Shown: positions 1-9,862 of the stretch, piece by piece
Position numbering within the stretch: the stretch's first letter is position 1
Layout of the letters: each line of letters starts with the position of its first letter
Sequence record: MZ234031.1
Source of the DNA: Escherichia phage vB_EcoM-CHD94UKE2
Strand: one strand, 5' to 3'
Length of the DNA: 64,000 nucleotides
Translations under genes and position numbers: made by a program
Notes under the pieces: generated by a model
Database searches by the model: none
What the model was told of the DNA's origin: nothing
Seen by the model: only the letters and a program-made list of their open reading frames with translations

Positions 1-348
1 CTCAAGAAAATTAATTTCTTTAACTTCATCATTGACCTTAAGCAAGCATTTAGATAACATATCGCTCACCGTTAAAAATTGTTCAAATTTTCCAGGAGGT
101 CTAAAATAAAATGTATTTCCTTGGTATTGAAATTCTAATCTTTGGCATACATAGACATCATTAATGTCATAAGTATAGCCATCTATTTCTTTACGAGATT
201 TAATCTTTCCATTAAATTCCAATAAATGAATAGAAACGAAATCAACTTCTGCCGGTGATAAATTCGGACAAATAGAATCAATAAGAAGTTTTAAATTTTC
301 ATCAGGACCTTTAACATCTTTTAAAATGTTATAATGTTTAAGACCCAT
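1..348 (-). CDS. 28: baseplate hub distal subunit gp28, N-terminal 116 codons (3' end beyond window edge)
   Basis: ATG at 346-348 (minus), frame open to position 1 (MGLKHYNILKDVKGPDENLKLL...); lies directly downstream of gp27 as in T4 order 51-27-28; not in ORF track because no stop in window. Confidence 0.6.
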   Translation of the reverse strand, partial: MGLKHYNILKDVKGPDENLKLLIDSICPNLSPAEVDFVSIHLLEFNGKIKSRKEIDGYTYDINDVYVCQRLEFQYQGNTFYFRPPGKFEQFLTVSDMLSKCLLKVNDEVKEINFLE

Positions 349-370
349 CTTAGGAATAGAAACTTCTTTA

Positions 371-1543
371 TTACTTATTGGAAGAACTACTTTCTTCAGT
401 GGTAGTATCAGATTTAAATTCATTTTTAACCTTAACTGGGTCTATTGTTTCCAGTTTCGTCGCATTAGTGAACATATATAGATGAGTTACTGAATTATTA
501 TTTGATAATTCATGGATAACTTCATCAACGTAAAATTCTGTTTTAAATTGGTTTTTACTATCATTAAAAATAATTTTAACACCAGGAGTCAAGTTAAAAT
601 TACCGACAGTAGAACATTTAGCATAGCCATCATATTGCGCCATAGTTTGAAGACGAATAGCTTCTTCATAGCCATTTCTATAAGTCATTTCAGAATAAGC
701 ACCTGACCTTGACACTACAATAGAGTTTTCACCCTTTCCTGTAGTAATCATTGGCAGTGAAGAATCTAAAAACGAATGAGCATAGATAGTAGCATTTTTC
801 ATTGGATCACGTTTATGCGGGTTTGATTTAGTCAACCAAACAAAATCATATGCTAATGGATATTTCAATTCTTGGACGAATTGACCTATTAAAGTTGGCT
901 CACCTACAATCATTGGATATGGTTCTTGATTTATCATCATATCATAGTCCATCATGTTAACTCCCATGATGTCTTGCCATACAAATACGAACTTATCGCT
1001 TCCTACCGCTAGAGCAACTTCTCTTACATAGGACAAATAATTTTCAAATGTACTAGTCCATGGAATATCAGGAACATAAGCATTTATAGCATTTATTGCT
1101 GGAGTTAATAATGTGCGGTCTTGATAAATGACACCAAGCATTTCTTTTATAGATTCACCTGCATCAGGGAAAAATGGTCTACCAAATTTAAGATTTTCTA
1201 TAGAATGAATAGTTCCCAATTCAATAGCAATGATGTTATCGCCTTTTGAATCTACTGACACGGAAAAATGTTTGCATCCATAAATTCGTGTTTTAACATT
1301 ATTAATATCGTTTGCATTAGCTACAGAAATTTGAATTATTTCATTTCCATCCATTTTTGTATGAATGTTTTTAGAATCATAAAATTGTAGCATTCCTTCA
1401 TTTCGACCATAAAGAGAGTCACGCATAGTTAATGTGGTAATAGTAGCAGCTAATTCAACAAATCTATTATTACTCCAAGCGTCATAACTCTCAAATAATT
1501 TAACGCTGAGATTTGGATATCCAGGACGTTGTAACATACTCAT
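371..1543 (-). CDS. 27: baseplate hub subunit gp27
   Basis: 390 aa, ATG start, [17 protein letters not shown]...; size and position match T4 gp27 (391 aa). Confidence 0.9.
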   Translation of the reverse strand: MSMLQRPGYPNLSVKLFESYDAWSNNRFVELAATITTLTMRDSLYGRNEGMLQFYDSKNIHTKMDGNEIIQISVANANDINNVKTRIYGCKHFSVSVDSKGDNIIAIELGTIHSIENLKFGRPFFPDAGESIKEMLGVIYQDRTLLTPAINAINAYVPDIPWTSTFENYLSYVREVALAVGSDKFVFVWQDIMGVNMMDYDMMINQEPYPMIVGEPTLIGQFVQELKYPLAYDFVWLTKSNPHKRDPMKNATIYAHSFLDSSLPMITTGKGENSIVVSRSGAYSEMTYRNGYEEAIRLQTMAQYDGYAKCSTVGNFNLTPGVKIIFNDSKNQFKTEFYVDEVIHELSNNNSVTHLYMFTNATKLETIDPVKVKNEFKSDTTTEESSSSNK

Positions 1544-2292
1544 TGATGTTTATCCTTCTCAATCAGTTTTAATACGAATCCGCGTTCGGCAGGAATCATT
1601 TTCATTATTGAATTTAAGCTATAATTACTTTTTACAAGCGTGTGATTAATTTGATAAAAAGTAAATATCTCATCTGGATTAACTAATAGCTTAAACACAT
1701 CTACTATATCAGTGTATTTTTTAATGTACTTATCACAACACGACATGTGCAATGTTAAATTAATAGGATTCATTGCATCGAGAATTTTTTCTAATGTTTC
1801 TATCTCGATGGCGTCAACTAGTTCTATTTGACTGGACTCGCTAATTTCCTTCCAATCATACCATATTTCATCTACTTGAACAGAATGAATATTTTCAGTA
1901 ATCATCTTTGCTTTATTTTCATAAAACTCAGAAGGAAACTTTAATTTAATTTTAACATTAGCTACATCAAAAACAGGTTCCTTTAATTCTTTTTGATATA
2001 TTTCAAATGGAACTGTCTTTTCTTTTTTACATTTTGGACATACAAATGTGACCGGTACTTTAGTTTTACCTATTGAACCTACAAATACCTGCAAAAATAT
2101 AAATGGTTGCCAAGTCTTTGGATAGTCTCCAAAATAATCAGCAATTAAATCAGCAATTACTTCTTTTTGTTCTTGTGGTGACCGATGTTCTATATCGTTT
2201 CGAACTAACAAAAAATCTCGATAATCTTCTACCGTAAATGGTTTAAAACGATGAACACCATCTGGTAATTTACAACGAATAATGTTTGCCAT
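1540..2292 (-). CDS. 51: baseplate hub assembly catalyst gp51
   Basis: 250 aa, ATG start; overlaps gp27 start (ATGA-type junction); synteny 51-27. Confidence 0.85.
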   Translation of the reverse strand: MANIIRCKLPDGVHRFKPFTVEDYRDFLLVRNDIEHRSPQEQKEVIADLIADYFGDYPKTWQPFIFLQVFVGSIGKTKVPVTFVCPKCKKEKTVPFEIYQKELKEPVFDVANVKIKLKFPSEFYENKAKMITENIHSVQVDEIWYDWKEISESSQIELVDAIEIETLEKILDAMNPINLTLHMSCCDKYIKKYTDIVDVFKLLVNPDEIFTFYQINHTLVKSNYSLNSIMKMIPAERGFVLKLIEKDKHQ

Positions 2293-2309
2293 AGATGCTC
2301 CTTTTATTC

Positions 2310-2321
2310 TATTTATAAATA
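2310..2321. promoter_or_regulatory. overlapping divergent late promoters (TATAAATA on both strands) for gene 51 (minus) and gene 26 (plus)
   Basis: TATTTATAAATA: minus-strand TATAAATA at 2310-2317, plus-strand at 2314-2321. Confidence 0.7.
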
Positions 2322-2342
2322 TGATAAATAAAGGAGCTAAAT

Positions 2343-2969
2343 ATGTATGAATACAAATTTGATGTGAGAGTTGGTTCTAAAATAATCAATTGTCGCGCAT
2401 TCACGCTTAAAGAATATCTAGAACTTATTACTGCCAAAAATAATGGTTCCGTAGAAGTAATTGTTAAAAAGCTAATCAAAGACTGCACAAATGCAAAAGA
2501 TTTAAACCGCCAAGAATCAGAACTACTGCTGATTCATTTATGGGCACATTCTCTCGGCGAAGTTAATCACGAAAACTCCTGGAAGTGCACCTGTGGAACT
2601 GAAATACCAACCCATATAAATCTATTACATACACAAATAGATGCATCAGAAGACCTCTGGTATACACTGGGTGACATTAAAATTAAATTCCGATACCCTA
2701 AAATTTTTGATGATAAAAATATAGCCCACATGATAGTATCATGCATAGAAACGATTCATGCTAACGGGGAAAGCATTCCAGTTGAAGACTTAAATGAAAA
2801 GGAACTAGAAGATTTATATTCTATCATCACAGAGTCAGATATTGTAGCTATAAAAGATATGCTTTTAAAACCTACCGTTTATTTGGCTGTTCCAATTAAG
2901 TGTCCAGAGTGTGGAAAAACCCATGCTCACGTAATAAGAGGCCTCAAAGAGTTCTTTGAGTTACTATAA
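2343..2969 (+). CDS. 26: baseplate hub subunit gp26
   Basis: 208 aa (T4 gp26 208 aa); divergent from gene 51 across bidirectional late promoter. Confidence 0.85.
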   Translation: MYEYKFDVRVGSKIINCRAFTLKEYLELITAKNNGSVEVIVKKLIKDCTNAKDLNRQESELLLIHLWAHSLGEVNHENSWKCTCGTEIPTHINLLHTQIDASEDLWYTLGDIKIKFRYPKIFDDKNIAHMIVSCIETIHANGESIPVEDLNEKELEDLYSIITESDIVAIKDMLLKPTVYLAVPIKCPECGKTHAHVIRGLKEFFELL

Positions 2970-3367
2970 TGGCAAATATTAATAAGCTTTATTCTGATAT
3001 TGACCCGGAAATGAAAATGGATTGGAACAAAGATGTTTCCAGATCACTTGGATTAAGGTCAATTAAAAACAGTCTTTTGGGAATTATTACAACAAGAAAA
3101 GGTTCAAGACCGTTTGACCCTGAATTTGGATGTGATTTATCAGACCAGCTTTTTGAAAATATGACTCCTCTTACTGCTGACACAGTTGAGCGCAATATTG
3201 AAAGCGCAGTAAGAAACTATGAGCCACGTATTGATAAATTATCAGTTAATGTGATACCAGTTTATGATGATTATACTCTGATAGTAGAAATACGCTTTTC
3301 GGTCATCGATAACCCTGATGATATTGAGCAGATAAAACTGCAACTGGCTTCGAGTAATAGGGTATAA
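2969..3367 (+). CDS. 25: baseplate wedge subunit gp25
   Basis: 132 aa, [19 protein letters not shown]...; TAATG overlap with gene 26; matches T4 gp25 size. Confidence 0.9.
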   Translation: MANINKLYSDIDPEMKMDWNKDVSRSLGLRSIKNSLLGIITTRKGSRPFDPEFGCDLSDQLFENMTPLTADTVERNIESAVRNYEPRIDKLSVNVIPVYDDYTLIVEIRFSVIDNPDDIEQIKLQLASSNRV

Positions 3368-3393
3368 TGCTTCACGTATAAACGTGGTATAAT
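3366..3393 (+). promoter_or_regulatory. middle (MotA-dependent) promoter for uvsY
   Basis: MotA box AATGCTTCA (3366-3374) with TGGTATAAT -10 at 3388-3393. Confidence 0.65.
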
Positions 3394-3433
3394 GAATCTA
3401 AGTCCATCCAATAACAATTGAATAGAGAACAAT

Positions 3434-3847
3434 ATGAAATTAGAAGATCTTCAAGAAGAATTGAAGAAAGATGTGTTTATAGATTCGACTAAATTACAGT
3501 ATGAAGCAGCTAATAATGTGATGTTATATAGTAAATGGCTTAATAAGCATTCAAGTATTAAAAAGGAAATGCTTAGAATTGACGCACAGAAAAAAGTTGC
3601 TCTTAAAGCTAGATTAGACTACTACTCGGGACGAGGAGATGGTGATGAATTTAGTATGGATCGTTACGAGAAATCAGAAATGAAGACAGTTCTATCAGCT
3701 GATAAGGATGTTTTAAAGGTTGATACTTCATTACAATATTGGGGAATTTTATTAGATTTCTGTAGCGGAGCTCTTGATGCTATCAAATCACGCGGATTTG
3801 CTATTAAGCATATTCAAGACATGCGGGCATTTGAGGCTGGAAAATAA
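3434..3847 (+). CDS. uvsY: recombination mediator protein UvsY
   Basis: 137 aa, MKLEDLQEELKKDVFIDSTKLQYEAANNVMLYSKWLNKH...; near-identical to remembered T4 UvsY (137 aa). Confidence 0.95.
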   Translation: MKLEDLQEELKKDVFIDSTKLQYEAANNVMLYSKWLNKHSSIKKEMLRIDAQKKVALKARLDYYSGRGDGDEFSMDRYEKSEMKTVLSADKDVLKVDTSLQYWGILLDFCSGALDAIKSRGFAIKHIQDMRAFEAGK

Positions 3848-4071
3848 TGAGATATAGCATTGATGATGCTTTTAATTATGAAGAAGAATTTGAAACGGAA
3901 ATTCAATTCTTAATGAAAAAGCATAATCTTAAGCGTCAGGATATTCGTATCCTGGCCGACCACCCGTGTGGTGAAGATGTCCTTTATATTAAAGGAAAAT
4001 TTGCTGGATATCTTGATGAATATTTTTATTCTAAAGATATGGGCATTGATATGCATATGAGAGCTGTATAA
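3847..4071 (+). CDS. hypothetical protein (T4 uvsY.-1-like position)
   Basis: 74 aa ORF, ATG overlapping uvsY stop (TAATG). Confidence 0.6.
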   Translation: MRYSIDDAFNYEEEFETEIQFLMKKHNLKRQDIRILADHPCGEDVLYIKGKFAGYLDEYFYSKDMGIDMHMRAV

Positions 4072-4074
4072 ATA
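4067..4074 (+). promoter_or_regulatory. late promoter motif TATAAATA upstream of ORF 4100
   Basis: exact TATAAATA 26 nt upstream of ATG. Confidence 0.5.
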
Positions 4075-4099
4075 GATATATAATTCAGAGGAGACAATC

Positions 4100-4267
4100 A
4101 TGTCAGATAAGATTTGTGTTGTCTGTAAAACTCCAATCGATTCTGCATTGGTTGTTGAAACAGACAAAGGTCCTGTACATCCTGGGCCTTGCTATAATTA
4201 CATTAAAGAACTACCAGTTTCAGAAAGTTCGGAAGAACAATTAAATGAAACGCAACTTTTGCTATAG
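4100..4267 (+). CDS. small Cys-containing hypothetical protein (55 aa; uvsY.-2-like position)
   Basis: ATG 4100 preceded by GAGGAG RBS; MSDKICVVCKTPIDSALVVETDKGPVHPGPCYNY...; CxxC plus C motif; below ORF-track size cutoff. Confidence 0.5.
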   Translation: MSDKICVVCKTPIDSALVVETDKGPVHPGPCYNYIKELPVSESSEEQLNETQLLL

Positions 4268-4290
4268 TGTGACCTTTAGTCTATAGTTTT

Positions 4291-4319
4291 GGCCCTTCCT
4301 TTTTGGTTGGGCCTTTTTT
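4291..4319 (+). terminator. putative intrinsic terminator after ORF 4100 (convergent with uvsW.1)
   Basis: GGCCC...GGGCC stem followed by TTTTTT. Confidence 0.45.
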
Positions 4320-4322
4320 AAT

Positions 4323-4553
4323 TTAAAAGCTTTCTTCTACTTCATCGTCTGAATCTTCTAATTCAGCTCTTTTTCCTGCCAAAGCATCTCTGACTGAGAT
4401 GTCATCAGTATCTTTTAATTCAGTTTCTTTAACTCTTTTCTTATAATAAGCTTCAAGTTCTTCTAAACCTTCTAATGTTTGACAAGAGGCAATTTTACCC
4501 ATAAATTCATCAATAGAAGCTTCATAAAGAAATTGTTTAAATTCTAGTAACAT
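4323..4553 (-). CDS. uvsW.1: UvsW.1-like small protein
   Basis: ORF track starts at TTG (4565); first ATG in frame at 4551-4553 gives 76 aa (MLLEFKQFLYEA...). Confidence 0.7.
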   Translation of the reverse strand: MLLEFKQFLYEASIDEFMGKIASCQTLEGLEELEAYYKKRVKETELKDTDDISVRDALAGKRAELEDSDDEVEESF

Positions 4554-4578
4554 CTTTTTCTCCAAAGGGCCGAAGCCC

Positions 4579-6090
4579 TTATAAATTAACTGTTTTCATT
4601 ACGTAATTAAATTTTTCATCTGCGTAGCGCTGAATACGATCAATGCCGTGTTTTAAAAGATAGTTCAAGTGAACATATTTCTTTTTAGTATTAGCAGATT
4701 TTGGCTTGACACCACAGTCATCTATGAGGTCCCAGACTGTTGCGATTGTTTTAGAACCATGCTTACGTAATACACGACCGATTGTTTGTAATACAATGAT
4801 TTTTGATTTAACACCGTGCGCTAAAACAACGTGATGCAGATTTTTAACTGAAATACCAGTAGAAAATACACCATAACTAGCTACTATAATTATTCCTTTA
4901 CCATTTTCAGCTAAGGTTTTCATTATATTGCGGGTTTCGGTATCAACTTCCCCTGATACGTAATAAACTTTATCGTATTCATTTTTAATTAAATCGAAAA
5001 TAGCTTTACCATGTGATACATGTTTAAACATGACAAAAGCGTTTTCATCTTTTTGTGCAAGCTTAATAGCCAATTTAGCGATCCATTTATTTCTTTTACT
5101 AAGCCCCGTAATAATTTTTATTTCTTCTTGATAAGTTTTTCCCTTTAATTTAGTAGTGAACTCATCGGGATAGCGAAGAAAAATACTATTAATTTTTAGC
5201 TCAGTTACTTGTCCATCTTCCATTAACTTAGAAGTCGTTACTGGCTTAAATATTTCACCAAACATTCCAACATACTGCATGATATTGGCTTTGCCATCAC
5301 GTAATGAACCAGATAGACCAAATTTGAACATGCAGTTATTTAAACCTGATATGATAGATGAAATACTTTTTCCTGTAGCAAGATGGCATTCATCATTCAT
5401 CATCATTCCAAACTGTGAGAACCATTCTTTCGGTTGTTTTACTACAGTTTGCCATGTACCAACAACGACTGGTGCATCATTTTTATATTTATCATCTTTT
5501 GATGCTCCGCCACCAATTTTCTTTATCATTGCATGACTGAATAAACGATAGTCAACGAAGTCATCAGCCATCTGAGTTGTTAGAGCAGTTGTTGGAACAA
5601 TGATAAGAATTTTACCTTCATAATTTTCCAAATAATATCGCGCAAGCAAAGCTTGAATTAACGATTTACCAGCGGATGTTGGAAGATTAAGAATTCTACG
5701 ACGATTAACTAATCCTTCGAACACTGCATCTTTTTGATACCAATGCGGTTCAATTCTTTTATTTCCTGAATAGATTTCTAATTTAGAAAGCCATTCATCA
5801 AAATCTTTTCTTGATAATTCTTCTTTTTCGTTAATCTGTGGGTCAATCCAGGCTTTATAGCCAAAGTTATCGCAGAACTTTTTAATTTGCCCGACTAAAC
5901 CGAATGGAAGAAGGCGATTATAATCTAAAAGACGAATTCGTCCATCCCAGTGGCCATATTTGTACTTCGGATTAAAACGATACCCATCAGCTTCAAAGCT
6001 AAAGAAATCACGGAGTTCATGAAATGTACTTTCTTCGCAATCAATTCTCACGTGACTAAAATCATAAAAATGTACTTTAATGTCAGTCAT
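4579..6090 (-). CDS. uvsW: UvsW DNA helicase (SF2)
   Basis: 503 aa; Walker A LPTSAGKS and DECH box (MMMNDECHLATG); matches T4 UvsW length. Confidence 0.95.
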   Translation of the reverse strand: MTDIKVHFYDFSHVRIDCEESTFHELRDFFSFEADGYRFNPKYKYGHWDGRIRLLDYNRLLPFGLVGQIKKFCDNFGYKAWIDPQINEKEELSRKDFDEWLSKLEIYSGNKRIEPHWYQKDAVFEGLVNRRRILNLPTSAGKSLIQALLARYYLENYEGKILIIVPTTALTTQMADDFVDYRLFSHAMIKKIGGGASKDDKYKNDAPVVVGTWQTVVKQPKEWFSQFGMMMNDECHLATGKSISSIISGLNNCMFKFGLSGSLRDGKANIMQYVGMFGEIFKPVTTSKLMEDGQVTELKINSIFLRYPDEFTTKLKGKTYQEEIKIITGLSKRNKWIAKLAIKLAQKDENAFVMFKHVSHGKAIFDLIKNEYDKVYYVSGEVDTETRNIMKTLAENGKGIIIVASYGVFSTGISVKNLHHVVLAHGVKSKIIVLQTIGRVLRKHGSKTIATVWDLIDDCGVKPKSANTKKKYVHLNYLLKHGIDRIQRYADEKFNYVMKTVNL

Positions 6091-6119
6091 GTCTAAATAC
6101 CATGTAATAAATATATCTA

Positions 6120-6127
6120 TATTTATA
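6120..6127 (-). promoter_or_regulatory. late promoter for uvsW
   Basis: rc TATAAATA about 30 nt upstream of uvsW ATG. Confidence 0.6.
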
Positions 6128-6140
6128 CTGAGGAAATATT

Positions 6141-6821
6141 ATGATAGATAAAGATTATATTGCAGAGCTGAAGGCTCTTGATGATAATAAAGAAGCTAAA
6201 GCTAAATTAGCTGAATATGCTGAACAGTTTGGTATAAAGGTCAAAAAGAATAAATCTTTTGATAATATCGTTGTTGATATTGAAGAAGCCCTCCAGAAGC
6301 TCGCTAGTGAACCTATGCCAGAGACTGATGGGTTATCTATTAAAGACTTAATTGATGCTGCTGATGCTGCAGAGGGATTAAAATATGACGATGAAGAAGT
6401 CAATCCAGAAGCAGCACTTTTGATTGATTCTCCAGTTAAATCTGACATTAAAATTGAAGTAGTAGAAACGGATAAAATTCCTGAAAATACCGATGTTTTG
6501 ATTGAAGATACTCCTTTTGTTGAAGAAAAATTCGAACAGGCTGTAGCTGAGATTATTGAATCTGAAAAGCCGTCTGTATTTACTCTTCCGGAAAACTTTA
6601 GCCCGAATCTTCAGTTGATTGGAAAAAATCCAGGATTCTGTACTGTTCCTTGGTGGATTTATCAATGGATCGCTGAAACTCCGGATTGGAAATCTCACCC
6701 AACTAGTTTTGAACATGCGTCAGCACACCAAACTTTATTTAGCTTAATTTATTACATTAACCGTGACGGATCAGTTTTAATTCGTGAAACACGCAACTCT
6801 TCTTTCGTAACATTAAAATAA
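6141..6821 (+). CDS. inh: prohead protease inhibitor Inh-like
   Basis: 226 aa (T4 Inh 226 aa); position between hoc and uvsW. Confidence 0.75.
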   Translation: MIDKDYIAELKALDDNKEAKAKLAEYAEQFGIKVKKNKSFDNIVVDIEEALQKLASEPMPETDGLSIKDLIDAADAAEGLKYDDEEVNPEAALLIDSPVKSDIKIEVVETDKIPENTDVLIEDTPFVEEKFEQAVAEIIESEKPSVFTLPENFSPNLQLIGKNPGFCTVPWWIYQWIAETPDWKSHPTSFEHASAHQTLFSLIYYINRDGSVLIRETRNSSFVTLK

Positions 6822-6830
6822 GGATAACTT

Positions 6831-8249
6831 ATGGCTTTTACAGTTGATATAACTCCTAAAACACCTACTGGAGTTATAGATCAGACTCAGCAGTTTACTG
6901 CTACACCCAGTGGTGAAACTGGAGGCGGAACTATTACCTATGCTTGGACTGTAGATGATGCTCCACAAGATGGAGCTGAAGCAACTTTTAGTTATGTACT
7001 AAAAGGACCTGCCGGTCAAAAGACTATTAAAGTAGTTGCAACAAATACACTTTCTGAAGGAGGCCCGGAAACGGCTGAAGCGACAACAACTATCACAGTT
7101 CAAAATAAGACACAAACGACTACCTTAGCTGTAACTCCTAATAGCCCTGACGCTGGAGTAATCGGAACAGCTATTGAATTTACTGCCGCTTTAGCTTCGC
7201 AGCCATCGGGCGCAAACGCTACTTATCAATGGTATGTAGATGATTCTCCTGTGGGCGAAGCAACTAACGCTACGTTCAATTACACTCCTGCCGAAAGCGG
7301 GGTAAAAAGAATTAAGTGTGTGGCTCAAGTAACCGCGACAGATTATGATGCAAAAGAAGTTACTTCTAATGAAGTGTCATTGACTGTTAATAAAAAGACA
7401 CAGACAACTACTTTGGCAGTAACTCCCGATAGTCCTTCAGCTGGAGTAATTGGAACACCAGTTCAATTTACTGCTGCCTTAGCTTCTCAACCTGATGGAG
7501 CATCTGCTACGTATCAGTGGTATGTAGATGATTCACAAGTTGGTGGAGAAACTAACTCTACATTTAGCTATACTCCAACTACAAGTGGAGTAAAAAGAAT
7601 TAAATGCGTAGCCCAAGTAACTGCTGAAAATTACAATGAAAAGGAAGTTACTTCGAATGAAGTATCATTAACAGTTAATAAGAAGACAATGAATCCACAG
7701 GTTACATTGACTCCTCCTTCTATTAACGTTCAACAAGATGCTTCGGCTACATTTACTGCTAATGTCACTGATGCTCCAGAAGAAGCGCAAATTACTTATT
7801 CATGGAAGAAAGACTCTTCTCCTGTAGAAGGATCGACTAATGTGTATACAGTTGATACCTCATCTATTGGAAGTCAAACTATTGAAGTTACTGCAACTGT
7901 TACTGCTACTGACTATGATAGCAAAACTATTACAGCAGAAGGTCAAGTTCAGGTAACTGATAAAGTTGCTCCAGAACCAGAAGGTGAATTACCTTATGTT
8001 CATCCTCTTCCACATCGTACTTCAGCTTACATCTGGTGTGGTTGGTGGGTTATGGATGAAATCCAAAAAATGACCGAAGAAGGTAAAGATTGGAAAACTG
8101 ACGATCCAGATAGTAAGTACTACTTGCATCGTTACACTCTCCAGAAGATGATGAAAGACTATCCAGAAGTTGATGTTCAAGAATCACGTAATGGATACAT
8201 CATTCATAAAACTGCTTTAGAAACTGGTATCATCTATACCTATCCATAA
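6831..8249 (+). CDS. hoc: Hoc outer capsid decoration protein, expanded Ig-like repeat form
   Basis: 472 aa; two near-identical 96-aa Ig-like repeats (KTQTTTLAVTP...SLTVNKK) plus further Ig-like segments; T4 Hoc is 376 aa by recollection. Confidence 0.85.
   Translation: MAFTVDITPKTPTGVIDQTQQFTATPSGETGGGTITYAWTVDDAPQDGAEATFSYVLKGPAGQKTIKVVATNTLSEGGPETAEATTTITVQNKTQTTTLAVTPNSPDAGVIGTAIEFTAALASQPSGANATYQWYVDDSPVGEATNATFNYTPAESGVKRIKCVAQVTATDYDAKEVTSNEVSLTVNKKTQTTTLAVTPDSPSAGVIGTPVQFTAALASQPDGASATYQWYVDDSQVGGETNSTFSYTPTTSGVKRIKCVAQVTAENYNEKEVTSNEVSLTVNKKTMNPQVTLTPPSINVQQDASATFTANVTDAPEEAQITYSWKKDSSPVEGSTNVYTVDTSSIGSQTIEVTATVTATDYDSKTITAEGQVQVTDKVAPEPEGELPYVHPLPHRTSAYIWCGWWVMDEIQKMTEEGKDWKTDDPDSKYYLHRYTLQKMMKDYPEVDVQESRNGYIIHKTALETGIIYTYP
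7107..7682 (+). repeat. tandem duplication of a 288-nt Ig-like domain coding unit inside hoc (copies about 7107-7394 and 7395-7682)
   Basis: protein repeats KTQTTTLAVTP(N/D)SP...YQWYVDDS...GVKRIKCVAQVTA...KEVTSNEVSLTVNKK about 80 percent identical; DNA copies diverged mostly at synonymous positions. Confidence 0.8.
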
Positions 8250-8253
8250 TCAT

Positions 8254-8281
8254 AAGGGGCTTCGGCCCCTTTCTTCATTTT
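8254..8281 (+). terminator. intrinsic terminator after hoc
   Basis: AAGGGGC-TTCG-GCCCCTT hairpin (UUCG tetraloop) plus T-rich tract. Confidence 0.65.
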
Positions 8282-8338
8282 GAAAGCACACAAAACACAA
8301 TCAGAAAATGATGTATATAATGGCACCAACTCGATAAC

Positions 8339-8554
8339 ATGAGATTGATTATGAGAACTGAGGTTGTGGTGTTTACTCTTCATGAGTCTGGAAAGTCATT
8401 CATTGAAATTGCTCGTGAATTGAACTTACAGGCAAAAGAAGTGGCTGTATTATGGGCTCGAGCTATGACTGCTAAGAATAAATTTGAAACTCGAGAAAAA
8501 GTTGTCTATAGAAAAAGACATATCAATAAAAAGGTGAAAAATGGAACAGTATGA
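8339..8554 (+). CDS. hypothetical protein (T4 24.3-like position)
   Basis: 71 aa ORF, ATG start. Confidence 0.55.
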   Translation: MRLIMRTEVVVFTLHESGKSFIEIARELNLQAKEVAVLWARAMTAKNKFETREKVVYRKRHINKKVKNGTV

Positions 8555-8819
8555 TCTTTATGAAAATGAATCTTTTGCTAATCGATTACGCGAAAAAGCA
8601 CTTAAAAGCAAACAGTTTAAACTAGAGTGTTTTATTAAAGATTTTTCGGAACTTGCTAATAAAGCAGCTGAACAAGGTAAAACATATTTTAGTTATTATT
8701 GTACTGCTCGTGATAAATTGATTACTGAAGAAATTGGTGATTGGCTGAGAAAAGAAGGATTCATCTTTAAAGTTAATAGTGATCAGCGTGATGGTGATTG
8801 GTTAGAAATTACATTTTGA
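8541..8819 (+). CDS. hypothetical protein (T4 24.2-like position)
   Basis: 92 aa ORF overlapping previous ORF end. Confidence 0.6.
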   Translation: MEQYDLYENESFANRLREKALKSKQFKLECFIKDFSELANKAAEQGKTYFSYYCTARDKLITEEIGDWLRKEGFIFKVNSDQRDGDWLEITF

Positions 8820-8828
8820 GGATTAATT

Positions 8829-9833
8829 ATGTTTAAAAAGTATAGCAGTCTTGAAAATCATTACAACTCTAAATTTATTGAAAAACTTTATAGCTTAGGA
8901 TTGACTGGCGGCGAATGGGTAGCTCGTGAAAAGATTCACGGCACAAATTTCTCATTGATTATTGAGCGTGATAAAGTAACTTGCGCTAAACGTACTGGAC
9001 CGATTCTTCCTGCTGAAGATTTCTTTGGGTATGAAATTATTCTAAAGAATTACGCTGATTCCATTAAAGCAGTACAAGATATTATGGAAACTTCAGCTGT
9101 TGTGACTTATCAGGTATTTGGCGAATTTGCTGGTCCTGGTATTCAGAAAAATGTTGATTATGGTAATAAAGATTTTTACGTGTTTGATATTATTGTTACT
9201 ACCGAAAGTGGTGATGTAACTTATGTTGATGATTACATGATGGAATCGTTTTGTAATTCATTTGGGTTTAAAATCGCTCCACTTTTGGGTCGTGGTAAAT
9301 TTGAAGATCTTATTAAACTTCCAAATGATTTGGATTCTGTTGTTCCGTCTTATAATTTTACCGTAGATAATGCAGGTTTAATTGACGCTAACAAATGTGT
9401 TTGGAAAGCTGAAGCCAAAGGCGAAGTATTTACCGCTGAAGGATATGTATTGAAACCTTGTTATCCTTCTTGGCTTCATAATGGAAATCGTGTAGCCATC
9501 AAATGCAAGAATTCTAAATTTAGTGAAAAGAAAAAGTCTGATAAGCCTATTAAAGCTAAAGTTGAATTGTCAGAAGCTGATAATAAATTGGTTGGAATTT
9601 TAGCTTGTTATGTTACATTGAACCGAGTAAATAACGTTATTTCCAAAATTGGCGAAATTGGTCCAAAAGATTTTGGAAAGGTAATGGGGCTAACTGTTCA
9701 AGATATTTTGGAAGAAACTTCTCGTGAAGGTATTACTTTAACTCAAGCAGATAATCCTTCTTTGATTAAAAAGGAATTAGTTAAAATGGTACAAGATGTA
9801 CTTCGTCCGGCTTGGATTGAGTTGGTGAGCTAA
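8829..9833 (+). CDS. rnlB: RNA ligase 2 (Rnl2)
   Basis: 334 aa; nucleotidyltransferase lysine motif KIHGTN near N-terminus; matches T4 Rnl2 length. Confidence 0.9.
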   Translation: MFKKYSSLENHYNSKFIEKLYSLGLTGGEWVAREKIHGTNFSLIIERDKVTCAKRTGPILPAEDFFGYEIILKNYADSIKAVQDIMETSAVVTYQVFGEFAGPGIQKNVDYGNKDFYVFDIIVTTESGDVTYVDDYMMESFCNSFGFKIAPLLGRGKFEDLIKLPNDLDSVVPSYNFTVDNAGLIDANKCVWKAEAKGEVFTAEGYVLKPCYPSWLHNGNRVAIKCKNSKFSEKKKSDKPIKAKVELSEADNKLVGILACYVTLNRVNNVISKIGEIGPKDFGKVMGLTVQDILEETSREGITLTQADNPSLIKKELVKMVQDVLRPAWIELVS

Positions 9834-9837
9834 ATAA

Positions 9838-9862
9838 AAAGGGACCTTTCGGTCCCTTTGTT
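9838..9862. terminator. bidirectional terminator between convergent rnlB and gene 24
   Basis: GGGACC-TTTC-GGTCCC hairpin flanked by A-tract upstream and T-tract downstream. Confidence 0.7.

Noticed and set aside
8281-8290. Reverse-complement MotA box (TGAAAGCACA) between hoc and ORF 8339
   Set aside because: Orientation would drive minus-strand transcription into the hoc antisense with no minus-strand gene downstream; probably chance
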